In this document: positions 18,540 through 27,877 of the stretch, in pieces | Position numbering within the stretch: position 1 is the first letter of the stretch | Layout: each line of letters begins with the position of its first letter | Assembly (NCBI GenBank): GCA_964427135.1 | Contig: CAYRTH010000002.1 | Span: 12,732-76,731 of the forward strand | Direction: 5' to 3' | From: an uncultured Phycisphaeraceae bacterium | GTDB taxonomy: Bacteria; Planctomycetota; Phycisphaerae; Phycisphaerales; Phycisphaeraceae | DNA length: 64,000 nt | Translations under genes and position numbers: made by a program | The notes under the pieces: generated by a model | What the model saw: the letters and a program-made list of their open reading frames with translations, nothing else | The model's database searches: none | What the model was told of the DNA's origin: nothing

Positions 18540-19028
18540 ATGAGCGACAGTGATGCATCGTTACATTCAGCGTTGGAACCCTTGTGGTCGGCGTTGCCGC
18601 GGGATCAGGCGATGCAGGCTTTGGTGGTGGTCGAACCGGTGGTCGATGCACGGGGTTATGTCACCAAATTGATGGTAAACCCGGTGCTTGCCAGTCACCC
18701 GCGACATGAAGCGCTGTTGGCGGGATTGTGGTTGTATGTCGATGATTTGGAAGCTGCTCATCAGATATGTCAAAGGCACGAGGGCCAGCCGACGTTCGAC
18801 TATTGGCATGCGATTTTGCACAGGCGCGAAGGTGATTTTGGCAACAGTCGATATTGGTATCGCCGGGCGGCTGCCCATGAATTGTTGCGCGATCAAAACC
18901 GCTGGCGACAGACGACAACGCTGCTGGATGAAGTCGAAAAGGTACAGGGGGCATCGACAACGGATGTGTCGCTGGCGCAGAGACAACGCGCCGAGTGGTG
19001 GACGCTTTGGGAGTGGTGCGGGCGATGA
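18540..19028 (+). CDS. Hypothetical protein
   Basis: 162-aa ORF with coding-like composition (…WHAILHRREGDFGNSRYWYRRAAAHE…). No family recognised. Confidence 0.45.
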   Translation: MSDSDASLHSALEPLWSALPRDQAMQALVVVEPVVDARGYVTKLMVNPVLASHPRHEALLAGLWLYVDDLEAAHQICQRHEGQPTFDYWHAILHRREGDFGNSRYWYRRAAAHELLRDQNRWRQTTTLLDEVEKVQGASTTDVSLAQRQRAEWWTLWEWCGR

Positions 19029-19138
19029 ATTTCGGATTTCGGATTTTGAATTTTGGATTTAACAAGCCAAGGACGAGGAACGCAGTGACGAGGACTTGGG
19101 TATCGGATGAGTCCAAAGTCCAAAGTCGAAATTCGATT
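19028..19138. repeat. 7-mer-word array (TTTCGGA/TTCGAAA) plus CAAGCC...GGGTAT core plus TCCAAAG array
   Basis: Starts inside the stop codon of the 18540 ORF. The same modules recur at 34865, 38775, 42210, 55079 and 57408. Confidence 0.8.
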
Positions 19139-19149
19139 ATCCTTGCGGC

Positions 19150-19836
19150 ATGTCACTTTCACTTTCGCATGGCAAGCCGATGGATGTCACAGGTTACGGG
19201 TACACGCTGGCGGACCTGCCGGCGTTACCCACCGAACCCGGTGCCCCGCTGCCGTATCAAACCGGTTTTCATCCGCGTCAATGGTTCCCGATTGGGTCGC
19301 AGCAGCACCCCTTGGAACTGGAAATCGGTTCGGGCAAGGGCACGTTTTTAGTGCAGCACGGATCGCTCTTGCCGGGGGTGAATTTCATCGGCATCGAGTA
19401 TGCCCGGGCTTTTTGGAAATATGCCGCCGACCGGGTGCGCCGTCACGCCATGGCCAACGTGCGTTTGCTTCATGGTGAAGCCGCATCGTTTGTCGCCTGC
19501 TACCTGCCGGATGCGTGCCTGCGGACGGTGCATATTTACTTCCCCGACCCCTGGCCCAAAACCCGTCACCACAAACGTCGGTTGATTCAGGTCGCTTTTT
19601 TGCGTGAATTGCATCGTGTGCTTGAAGCGGGCGGATGTGTGCGTTTGGCCACGGATCACGCGGATTATTTTGCATGGATGCAGGATCGCGCGGCCCAGGT
19701 GTCGGAGTTGTTTGCCGTGGAACCATTTGAGCCACCGGCCGGGGCGGGCGAAGGGGAATTGGTGGGTAGTAATTTTGAACGTAAATACAAGCGTGAGGGC
19801 CGGCCGTTCAACGCCATGGTTTTGCGTCGTCGATGA
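19150..19836 (+). CDS. trmB: tRNA (guanine-N7)-methyltransferase
   Basis: Motifs LELEIGSGKGTFLV, FIGIEY and YFPDPWPKTRHHKRRL. Confidence 0.9.
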   Translation: MSLSLSHGKPMDVTGYGYTLADLPALPTEPGAPLPYQTGFHPRQWFPIGSQQHPLELEIGSGKGTFLVQHGSLLPGVNFIGIEYARAFWKYAADRVRRHAMANVRLLHGEAASFVACYLPDACLRTVHIYFPDPWPKTRHHKRRLIQVAFLRELHRVLEAGGCVRLATDHADYFAWMQDRAAQVSELFAVEPFEPPAGAGEGELVGSNFERKYKREGRPFNAMVLRRR

Positions 19837-19881
19837 AATCGAGTGCCACTGGCAGCTTGCCGCCGGTGACACATGTGTCCT

Positions 19882-19944
19882 TGACGCCGTGCCCTTTAGG
19901 GCCGGATGTTTGAGAAAAATCCGGGGCTAAAGCCCTCGGCGTCA
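19882..19944. repeat. Palindromic element, TGACGCCG...CGGCGTCA family
   Basis: TGACGCCGTGCCCTTTAGGGCCGGAT...ATCCGGGGCTAAAGCCCTCGGCGTCA. Other copies are at 41835, 53286, 55759 and 59653, with halves at 7866 and 57958. Confidence 0.9.
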
Positions 19945-20005
19945 GTTGTTGTTTGTATCGCATGGGTGCCACAGGCACCCTGCGTCTGTGCGATTTTTCA
20001 TATAA

Positions 20006-20030
20006 CCCTCGGTCATTGACCGGGGGCTAT
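20006..20030. repeat. Hairpin repeat CCC(C/T)CGGTCATTGACCGGGGGCTAT
   Basis: Copies at 20006, 35731 and 40598. Confidence 0.85.
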
Positions 20031-20045
20031 ATGCCCCGAGTCCAT

Positions 20046-20074
20046 GAAAAAACCACGGGCTTGCGCTCGTGGTT
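20046..20074 (-). terminator. Rho-independent terminator of the coiled-coil/small-TM operon
   Basis: On the minus strand: AACCACG-AGCGCAAGCC-CGTGGTT followed by TTTTTT, 23 nt after the stop of the 54-aa ORF. Confidence 0.7.
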
Positions 20075-20096
20075 CACCAATATTCATTTCAGCAAA

Positions 20097-20261
20097 TCAT
20101 TCCACCAGTGCAAAGGGGTTGACACTTTCGGTCATGTTGGTGTTCTTGTAAGTCACATAGCCGATGCCTGCCAACAGCATGAGGACCGACACCAGCGCCA
20201 GCACGGTGTACACGTTGCTTTTGGCGGGAACCGTCGCGGTTGGAGTGCTCATTTGCGTCAT
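20097..20261 (-). CDS. Small single-pass membrane protein (54 aa), below the ORF-track cutoff
   Basis: Hand translation: MTQMSTPTATVPAKSNVYTVLALVSVLMLLAGIGYVTYKNTNMTESVNPFALVE. GAAGGA lies 8 nt upstream and a terminator follows. Confidence 0.5.
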   Translation of the reverse strand: MTQMSTPTATVPAKSNVYTVLALVSVLMLLAGIGYVTYKNTNMTESVNPFALVE

Positions 20262-20354
20262 GTCAAAAATCCTTCAACAAGCGGTCGTCGGGCAAAGGGT
20301 GATTCAAGCGATCACATCAACCTGACTCGATGATGTTGAAAACACAGGCGAGGT

Positions 20355-21245
20355 TCAAAACACGCCGCTCATCACCCGGTCGCCTGCGGACAGGGGCACC
20401 TGATTGAGTTCCACCCGGCCCACGGCTTCACGATCGCTGACGGTCATGATGATGAGGTTGCCCATGAACTTGTTGTCCCGATAAATCATGAACTTGGTGT
20501 TGGGGGCGACCTTGTCGGTTTTGCCCAGGTTGATTTGTGCGAAGGTCTGATCGCCGACGGTTTCGATTTTGGTGATCTGCCCACGCACGGGCACAGCGGT
20601 TTGCACGGCCTCAACCACGCCGGCGGCGGCCGCAGCCGTGGTCTGGGTCAATCGATCACGCACATCCTGCGGCACGCGGGTCCATAGGTCGCTGATCTTG
20701 TTCTTTTCCTCGTCGAGCTGGGTCATCTGCTCGTTGAGCCGACGCACCTGACGGTTGTAGGCTTCGACCTGATTCATCAGTTCATTATTGCGGTCGGCCA
20801 GTTGAATGGCACGGGTTTCCAGCTTCACCGCATCATCACGACGCTGCGCCAGTTCCTTGAGGGCGGCATCCAGAATCGCCTGGTTCTGCGACATCGCAGC
20901 CGACAGACCCGACACCTGGGCTTCCAGCTTGGCGGTGTCACGACGGGTACCGGCCAGTTCGGCACGCACGGTTGCAAGCTGGTCTTCCGCAGCCTTGGCC
21001 TGCGCCAGCTTGGCGTTGATTTCGTCAGCGTAGGTCTTGGCCTGCTTGTCCCACTCTCCTTTGAGCAGGTTGAGTTCGCCCTGAATCAGGCGGGCCTTGG
21101 CGTCAAAGCTGTCTCGCTCGGCTTTGACTTCCGTGAATTGCTGTTTGAAGTTTTCAGTGTTGGCGACAAAGGCGATGACCAATGCCACCAGCGCCACCGA
21201 CAACACGTTCACCAGCACGACGAAGACTTTGGTGAGAACGCTCAA
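20355..21245 (-). CDS. Membrane-anchored coiled-coil protein with a C-terminal beta domain
   Basis: TTG start at 21245, 5 nt after AAGGAGG. N-terminal TM segment SVLTKVFVVLVNVLSVALVALVIAFV, about 190 aa of heptad-like coiled coil, and a C-terminal domain ...FMIYRDNKFMGNLIIMTVSDREAVGRV. Confidence 0.6.
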   Translation of the reverse strand: MSVLTKVFVVLVNVLSVALVALVIAFVANTENFKQQFTEVKAERDSFDAKARLIQGELNLLKGEWDKQAKTYADEINAKLAQAKAAEDQLATVRAELAGTRRDTAKLEAQVSGLSAAMSQNQAILDAALKELAQRRDDAVKLETRAIQLADRNNELMNQVEAYNRQVRRLNEQMTQLDEEKNKISDLWTRVPQDVRDRLTQTTAAAAAGVVEAVQTAVPVRGQITKIETVGDQTFAQINLGKTDKVAPNTKFMIYRDNKFMGNLIIMTVSDREAVGRVELNQVPLSAGDRVMSGVF

Positions 21246-21629
21246 GGCGACCTCCTTACAACAGGGCCAGTTGTGACAGGGAGTTCCATCTCGAAAAACG
21301 ATCGGGTGCCACACCCGATCACGATGGAGCCATTATGACGCAGGGCGTGAAAGCTTGTCAAACGGGGGGTTCGAAGAAGTGGCCAACGGGTCGTTGCTGA
21401 AAAAGTAACTTTCAGGCCAGGGTATATCGTGAGGCAGTGAGCATGAGCAGGTTCCACAGTTCTAAGCCCCGTTGGAGCAGCCTGGTTCAAAGCGCACAGG
21501 GTAAAAGCCTGATGAGCCGTGCATGAGCAACGCCGTGGCTTATCACCTTATACTATGGTTCGACTGATTCGCTGCGTATCGGTTGGTTTCCCGAATACCA
21601 CCTTTTATAGAGAAATGGACAATCGATCC

Positions 21630-23627
21630 ATGCCCCTGACCCTGCCCAACCGTCAGATTCACCTGGACTTTCACACCGGCCCGGCCATCCCCGATGTCGG
21701 CTCGCAATGGGACGCTGACACCTTCGGCGACATGCTGGCCCAGGCCCACGTCAACAGCGTGACACTCTTTGCCAAGTGTCACCATGGCCACCTTTACTAC
21801 GACACCCAAGCCTCGGCACGTCATCCTTCGCTGCCCAAGGGCCTTGATTTATTGGGTGAACAGATCGATGCCCTGCACAAGCGCAACATCGCGGCCCCGG
21901 TGTATATCTCGGTGCAATGCGATGAGTTTGCCGCCGACACGCACCCGGATTGGATCGCCCTGAACCCCGATGGCAGTCGCGTCGGTCGCAAACCGCTGGA
22001 AGGCAACCAGTTCTCATGGCAAATACTGGACATGTCCAGCCCGTATGCCGACTACCTGGCGCAGCAGATTGAAGAAGTCTGTGACAAGTACAAACCATTG
22101 GACGGGCTGTTTTTGGACATGTGCTGGGACCAGCCCTCGGTCAGTAACTGGGCCAAGGCTGGCATGGTGAAACAAGGTTTGAACCCCGTCCACGAAAACG
22201 ACCGCGCCACTTATGCCCGCTGGGTGGTCCATCAATACATGACGCGCTACAACAAACTATTGGCCAAGTATCACAAGAAGGCGCCCAAAGTTTACTACAA
22301 CAGCCGACCGAAGGTGCATCTGCCCAGTGAAAAGAAGTACCTGCAACATATTGAAATCGAAGCCCTGCCCACCGGCGGCTGGGGCTATACCTACTTTCCC
22401 CTCAACGTTCGCTTTGCCCGCAATTTCGATCTGCCTGCCATCGGCATGACCGGACGCTTTCATAAAAGCTGGGCGGACTTCGGCGGACTCAAACCCCATG
22501 CCGCCCTGCTCTACGAATGCACACAAATGCTCGCCCATGGCTGCGGCTGCTCCGTCGGTGATCAACTGCACCCGCGCGGCACCCTCGATCGTGCGGTGTA
22601 CCAAGCCATCGGCAGTGTCTATCAACATGTGCAAGCCTGTGAACCCTGGTGCGTCGATGCCAAACCCGTCACCCAAATCGGCATCATGCGTTCGTTGGAC
22701 CCCAAACAATATCAAGCCAAACCCGGCGATGCGCCCGAAGGTGTCGTCCGTGCCCTGCAACAACTGGCTCACCAGTTCGACTTCGTGCATATCGATAGCA
22801 ACCTCGATGACTATGAACTGATCATCGTGCCCGATGGGTATCAAGTCGATGATACTTTGGCAGGTAAGTTGCAAAAGTATGTTGCAGCAGGCGGTGCGGT
22901 ACTGTTCAGTGGTCCCGCAGGGTTTGATAGCGAGGGCAAACCGTGGTTGAAGGAACAGGGCATTGAAAACCTTGGCGCTTCGCCTTACACGGTGACGTAC
23001 CTGCGCCTGGACAAAGCCGACCTGGGTGAACTGCCTGCCAGTGATCATGTGATGTACGAACCGGGTCTGCGTTTGGCGTTGAAAAATAAAAATGCGCTGG
23101 GCGTTGGTAAGGTCGTCGAACCCTACTTTGAGCGTGCCTGGAACCATTTCTGTTCACATGCCCAGACGCCGACGGACAAAGCCAGTCGATACCCGATTGC
23201 GGTGCAATGCGGACGGGTGATCACCAGTGCGTACCCCTTGTTCAAGGCTTACGCCACGCATGGCACGTTGTCGAGTCGGCAGGTCATCGCTGCGTGCCTG
23301 AATCGCTTGCTCCCCGAACAACTTACCCTGTGGCAAGGGCCCAAACACGCGGAAATCACCGTCACCACGCAACAGGTCGGACGTAATCACCAGCGCACGA
23401 TTGTGCATGTGCTCAGTTTCGTGCCCGCCCGGCGAACCCCGACGCTGGACATCGTGGAAGAACCCACGCCGTTGGTGAACGCCAAACTTTCATTGATGCT
23501 GCCCCGCGCCCCTGAGCAGGTGACGCTGCAACCGGTGGGGGAAGCATTGCCCTTTGAGTATGTCAACGGCCGGGCGGTCGTCAGCCTCACCAGCACCCGT
23601 GGCCATGACATGATGGTGTTTGAGTGA
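21630..23627 (+). CDS. Putative glycoside hydrolase (TIM-barrel, GH42-like)
   Basis: MPLTLPNRQIHLDFHTGP... is the N-terminus I associate with GH42-like proteins and related uncharacterised hydrolases. The product assignment is tentative. The ORF-track start is 21519. Confidence 0.45.
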   Translation: MPLTLPNRQIHLDFHTGPAIPDVGSQWDADTFGDMLAQAHVNSVTLFAKCHHGHLYYDTQASARHPSLPKGLDLLGEQIDALHKRNIAAPVYISVQCDEFAADTHPDWIALNPDGSRVGRKPLEGNQFSWQILDMSSPYADYLAQQIEEVCDKYKPLDGLFLDMCWDQPSVSNWAKAGMVKQGLNPVHENDRATYARWVVHQYMTRYNKLLAKYHKKAPKVYYNSRPKVHLPSEKKYLQHIEIEALPTGGWGYTYFPLNVRFARNFDLPAIGMTGRFHKSWADFGGLKPHAALLYECTQMLAHGCGCSVGDQLHPRGTLDRAVYQAIGSVYQHVQACEPWCVDAKPVTQIGIMRSLDPKQYQAKPGDAPEGVVRALQQLAHQFDFVHIDSNLDDYELIIVPDGYQVDDTLAGKLQKYVAAGGAVLFSGPAGFDSEGKPWLKEQGIENLGASPYTVTYLRLDKADLGELPASDHVMYEPGLRLALKNKNALGVGKVVEPYFERAWNHFCSHAQTPTDKASRYPIAVQCGRVITSAYPLFKAYATHGTLSSRQVIAACLNRLLPEQLTLWQGPKHAEITVTTQQVGRNHQRTIVHVLSFVPARRTPTLDIVEEPTPLVNAKLSLMLPRAPEQVTLQPVGEALPFEYVNGRAVVSLTSTRGHDMMVFE

Positions 23628-23667
23628 CTTTTGTATCGGAGCCGCGAACGCAAGTGCGCGGTGTTTG

Positions 23668-23842
23668 GATGTGGTGATGTGGTGATTTTGAATCATACAC
23701 GCCTGAACTTCACGTCCGCGTGAAGTTCAGGATTCTTTTGATCATCAACCTGCTGCTTTCATTCCCAAAACCATCCTTAATCTTGCAGGCAGCCAAGGAA
23801 AGCGTATGCGGCATTTTGCATGCGCTTGCAAGATAAGGCGTG
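23668..23842. repeat. Word-arm plus opposed hairpin pair (bidirectional terminator, variant stem)
   Basis: Arm gatgtggtgatgtggtgattttgaat. Hairpin 23698-23733 is identical to 17875-17910. The second hairpin at 23773-23842 keeps the ATCC...GGCGTG flanks with a different stem (TTAATCTTGCA/TGCAAGATAA). Confidence 0.7.
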
Positions 23843-23867
23843 GTTGTAACGGCGGTGGGTTTGCCAA

Positions 23868-23955
23868 AGCAGCGGATGGTATCCGCTGTCTTCATGGAAC
23901 ATTTGATTCATCCTTCCCCCCGACGAACCGACCGCCGATACCATCGGCGGCTTTA
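23868..23955. repeat. About 90-bp two-hairpin element (GGCGGAT-N3-ATCCGCC plus CCGCCGAT-N3-ATCGGCGG)
   Basis: Copies at 23868, 41936, 57858 and 60892 in both orientations. The roughly 40-nt spacers between the two hairpins are alignable. Confidence 0.8.
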
Positions 23956-23968
23956 TGATCAACCAACC

Positions 23969-26900
23969 TCATTGGGGCACCACTGCCGTCGCAGGTTCAC
24001 GGTTCGCACTTGCCGCCTCAATCTTCCCCGGCAATGTCGTCTTCAATCGAACCACTTCGGGGTCGTCCTTCATCATTTCGTCGGTGATGCCCTCCAATGC
24101 CACCTGCCAGTAACGCACGGCTTCGGTCTTGCGCCCTGCCCGCCAGAGTGCATCACCCAGGTGATCCAAAATCACCGGATGGTCCCCGCCCGGCCGCATA
24201 CGGGCTTTGGTGAGCTGGTCCACCGCGCCGTTGAAATCCCCCAGCTTGTAAAGCACCCAGCCCAGTGAATCCAGGTATGCTGCGTTCTCCGGTTCCTTCA
24301 CCAGTGCCTGCCCAATCATTTTTTTCCCTTCCTCCAACCGCACACCCCGATCCGCCCACGCATACCCCAGGGCGTTGAGCACCCGTGCATCACTGGGCGA
24401 TAGCTCCAGCACCCGCAGCAACTCTTTTTCCGAACGCTCGCCTTTCTGTAATCGCTGCAACATCATCGCCCATTCAAAACGCAGTTCCGCTTCCTGCGAC
24501 GGGTGCTTGCGCAACATCCGTTCAAACAGCGGGTCGATTTCCGCAGCACGATTCAGCCGAAGTAGTGCCCGTGACAAAAGTCCGATCGCCTGATCCAAAC
24601 TCGGTTGGTCATCGGCCTGTAACTCGGCTTCCTGTTCTTCCGTCACGCTTGATGGCATCGACTCTGGCAAAGTCGTCGTCACCTGGTGGGCCGATTCACC
24701 CTTGCCCTGCACCCGCACCGGCCAATTATCCACCGTTTGCGTCAGCAGCGCCACCGCCTGCTCCGCTCGCTCCGTCTGCAAATACAGACTCGCCAGTTGT
24801 ACATCACGCCTTGCCCCCGCCGGCTCCAACAGCGCCAGCCGTTCAAACATCGCCATCGCCTTGTCACGTTGTCCTGTGCCTGCATAAATCTGCTGCGCCA
24901 AAATCAACCACCGCTTGTCCGTCGTGGCGGGTCTGACATGTCGATCCAGCAGCGCTTGTGCCGCATCAGCCTGCCCGCTGCGATAGAGCACAATCAACAT
25001 CAACTGCACGGTTGCCAGATCATCCGGCTGCTCGGTGAGCAGGTTTTCCAACTGCCTGCGAGCTTCCACCAAATCATTGGCACGCACATGCTCCTCCGCC
25101 CGTTTCAAACGAATCAAACGCGCCGTCGGCAAATGCTGCATCCCTTTGCGAAGTAAAGCCACGCGCTGCCGGGCCGCATTGGGCACACGATCCCGGTCGT
25201 ACATGCCAAACAACAGTTGATAAAAACGTTCCTGCGAGGGCGACGCTTCCACTGCTGTCAATAACAATCGCTCGGCTTCCTGCGCCTGTAATGGTTCACC
25301 ACTTTGCAGCAGCAGCAGTGCCTTGGCGATGAGGTAATCCACCTGCGTCGGTTGCGCTTTGAGTTGCTCATCCAGCAACGTCATCGCTTCATCGCGTTTA
25401 CCCGTCGCACTCAGCCATTGCACCCGCAAGCCCACCACTTCGACGCTGCTTTCGGGGATACCCTCGAGCACTCTGCCCGCATGGTCCCACTGACGCTGCG
25501 CAAGCAGGACTCGCACCAAATCAAGCTGTGCTGCGGGGATGGTTGGTTCAAACGTCAGTGCTTCCCGCAAGGCGATTTCCGCAGCCAACCAGCGCTGTTG
25601 TCGTATCGCCGCTTGTGCGGACAAATACAAAAGCCCCGCGCGTTTTTGCCCCGATTCGCGCAGGTTTTGCACCGCCTGTTCCACCTGCTGGGCAGACACC
25701 GTTTCGAACAAAGCCTGGGCATACGCCCCGGCCGCCCGCGGGGTTTTTTCAATCGCCTTTTGCGTGGTCAAAAGGGCGCCTCGTAAACCCGTCGTATCAC
25801 GCTGCCCCGACTTTTTTGTTTTACCTGTCGGCTGTGCCTGTTCTTCCTGCACCGCCAGTTGCAGCAACCTGGCAAACACGCGCCAGGCCGTCGGGTCGTA
25901 AGTCAGATGTTCCTGCAATAATTTCTGCGCTTGGCGTTTGTCCGAAAGCTCCGCCAAGGCCAGTGCCAAACCCTCCGGCCGACTGGCGTTGGCGTACACC
26001 TGTTGCAGGCGCTCAACAAACATCTCCGGGGGTAACTCATACCCACGCAGATAAGTCACCAACTCAATCCCACGCGGATCACTCGGGGAAGTTTCCAGAA
26101 AATCCAACACTGCTTCTGATGCCGCCTGCTTTTGACCCAGGCGAAGATTGACATAGGCAAGTCGTGCGGTCAGCCCGGGCCGATCCTGCGGGTCATCCAG
26201 TTCCGCCGAACGCTGGTACGCCCTGGCTGCCTCGTCCCATCGACCCACCCGTGCCCACAGGTCTCCGACGCTCTGCCAAAGTTGGGGCTTCTGGCGATTG
26301 AGTAAAAGTAATTCGCGCTGGTAAGTGCTGGTGCGACCAAACGGGGCTTGTTGATCCAGGTACATGGTGAACTGCTCGGCTGCGGCCACATCGTAACCCT
26401 GCCTTTCCAAAGCCGTGCCCAGCAAGTGACCCGTGAGCACCCCCATGCCCGCATCGGTGGACGATGATGTTGTTTGCCCCTGCATGCGTTGTAACAACTC
26501 GGCCAACAGTGCGATGGCCTGGTCCCACTGGCCCTGTTCCCAGGCCGATCGCCCCAGTAAAAAAAGCGATTCGACATCCGTCGGGTCCCCCGCCACCGCC
26601 TGTTCCAAAAACAGCACACCCCTTGCCCGCTGATTGAGGGTTAATAAGTGAATGCGACCCAGCAGTGCCAGCACCTGCGGTTGATCCGGCACCAATCGCA
26701 GCGCACTGTTCAACTGATTGATCGCCTCAGCCGTCTGCCCTGCCCGCCAGGCCAATCGACCGGCGGTGTAGGCGCGTAACACTTCGGGGGGCAGAGATGA
26801 AGTGGCCACTTGGTCACTTCCCTCCTTCAAATACACCGGCCAAGGCAATGTCGCCAATACATCCGCCAACGTCATCTGTGCCTTTGCCAGGGCTTCATCA

Positions 26901-27073
26901 CGACGTAACTCCAGCAGAGCAGGGGCCAACCCAGGCGGCAATGCCGCGTTGATCGGCTGCAATTCCGCCTTGTCCGCAATCCCCGGCCCGACCGGTGCCG
27001 TCTGACACCCCATCGCACCCAGCAAACCCAGGGCGATCACCCCACCACATATCCATGAAGTATTGCAACGCAT
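23969..27073 (-). CDS. Large TPR-repeat lipoprotein
   Basis: 1034 aa with lipoprotein signal ...ALGLLGAMGCQT and TPR units throughout (e.g. AAYLDSLGWVLYKLGDFNGAVDQLTKA). Confidence 0.75.
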   Translation of the reverse strand: MRCNTSWICGGVIALGLLGAMGCQTAPVGPGIADKAELQPINAALPPGLAPALLELRRDEALAKAQMTLADVLATLPWPVYLKEGSDQVATSSLPPEVLRAYTAGRLAWRAGQTAEAINQLNSALRLVPDQPQVLALLGRIHLLTLNQRARGVLFLEQAVAGDPTDVESLFLLGRSAWEQGQWDQAIALLAELLQRMQGQTTSSSTDAGMGVLTGHLLGTALERQGYDVAAAEQFTMYLDQQAPFGRTSTYQRELLLLNRQKPQLWQSVGDLWARVGRWDEAARAYQRSAELDDPQDRPGLTARLAYVNLRLGQKQAASEAVLDFLETSPSDPRGIELVTYLRGYELPPEMFVERLQQVYANASRPEGLALALAELSDKRQAQKLLQEHLTYDPTAWRVFARLLQLAVQEEQAQPTGKTKKSGQRDTTGLRGALLTTQKAIEKTPRAAGAYAQALFETVSAQQVEQAVQNLRESGQKRAGLLYLSAQAAIRQQRWLAAEIALREALTFEPTIPAAQLDLVRVLLAQRQWDHAGRVLEGIPESSVEVVGLRVQWLSATGKRDEAMTLLDEQLKAQPTQVDYLIAKALLLLQSGEPLQAQEAERLLLTAVEASPSQERFYQLLFGMYDRDRVPNAARQRVALLRKGMQHLPTARLIRLKRAEEHVRANDLVEARRQLENLLTEQPDDLATVQLMLIVLYRSGQADAAQALLDRHVRPATTDKRWLILAQQIYAGTGQRDKAMAMFERLALLEPAGARRDVQLASLYLQTERAEQAVALLTQTVDNWPVRVQGKGESAHQVTTTLPESMPSSVTEEQEAELQADDQPSLDQAIGLLSRALLRLNRAAEIDPLFERMLRKHPSQEAELRFEWAMMLQRLQKGERSEKELLRVLELSPSDARVLNALGYAWADRGVRLEEGKKMIGQALVKEPENAAYLDSLGWVLYKLGDFNGAVDQLTKARMRPGGDHPVILDHLGDALWRAGRKTEAVRYWQVALEGITDEMMKDDPEVVRLKTTLPGKIEAASANREPATAVVPQ

Positions 27074-27139
27074 GACAGATTATAGAGCATCGCCGGGTGC
27101 CACTGGCAGCTCGTATGCTATTGATTCAATCATTGCTTT

Positions 27140-27211
27140 GCCGCGGGTTTCCACCCGCGGCTATGAGGAAATGTGATTGATCTGTCTAGCCGCGGGTGGA
27201 AACCCGCGGTG
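27140..27211. repeat. Inverted pair of hairpins GCCGCGGGTTTCCACCCGCGGCTAT / TAGCCGCGGGTGGAAACCCGCGGTG
   Basis: Read directly. Each arm is itself a hairpin. Confidence 0.85.
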
Positions 27212-27262
27212 CTTCGATTGATAAAAGCACAGTTCATTGACGGTCGTGGTTCGTTATCAACC

Positions 27263-27808
27263 TCAATCCCCCGGCTCCAAATCCATGTCAATATTCAACC
27301 GATCACACAACGACTCCAGCGAACCACGCAACTTTTTCACCGACACGGTTGCCGGAACCGTCAGCAAGGCCTGCATCGTAAACAACGTCGTCCCCGCAAA
27401 CGGGGCCGACTCCTGCCTCGTCGTCAATTCCTCAATGTTCACCCCATGCTCATGCAAAATGCTCGTCACCCCATGCACGATGCCGGGTTGATCCATCGAG
27501 TAGGTCTTCAACCGATACGGCACCCCCGCCCCCGGAATTGTGCCACCGAGACCACTCACCCCTGGACTGTGCATCGCTGCCACGGTCACCTGCAAACCAA
27601 TCGTTGCCCCCGCCTGCGGTGCGCTGGTTTCCAACGATTGCAACTTCGCTGCTTCCCCTTCCACCAACAAGAGCAGTGCAAACTGACCGCGCAGGTTCAC
27701 CATGCGTGAGTCCGCGATGTTCACCCCCGCCTGGTGCAAATGACCGGTGAATTGTCCGACCAACCCCGGGCGATCGGTTCCCACTGCCGTGATGATCCGC
27801 TCTGCCAT
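27263..27808 (-). CDS. Tandem ACT-domain protein (GcvR-like)
   Basis: Contains MAERIITAVGTDRPGLVGQFTGHLHQAGVNIADSRM and a second ACT unit SMDQPGIVHGVTSILHEHGVNIEEL. Confidence 0.75.
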   Translation of the reverse strand: MAERIITAVGTDRPGLVGQFTGHLHQAGVNIADSRMVNLRGQFALLLLVEGEAAKLQSLETSAPQAGATIGLQVTVAAMHSPGVSGLGGTIPGAGVPYRLKTYSMDQPGIVHGVTSILHEHGVNIEELTTRQESAPFAGTTLFTMQALLTVPATVSVKKLRGSLESLCDRLNIDMDLEPGD

Positions 27809-27877
27809 GGTGAAACTCCCTGTTAACGGGTGCTTGGGTGACGGTGTTGATGCGCCATCCAGCCGTGCGCCAAAAGG

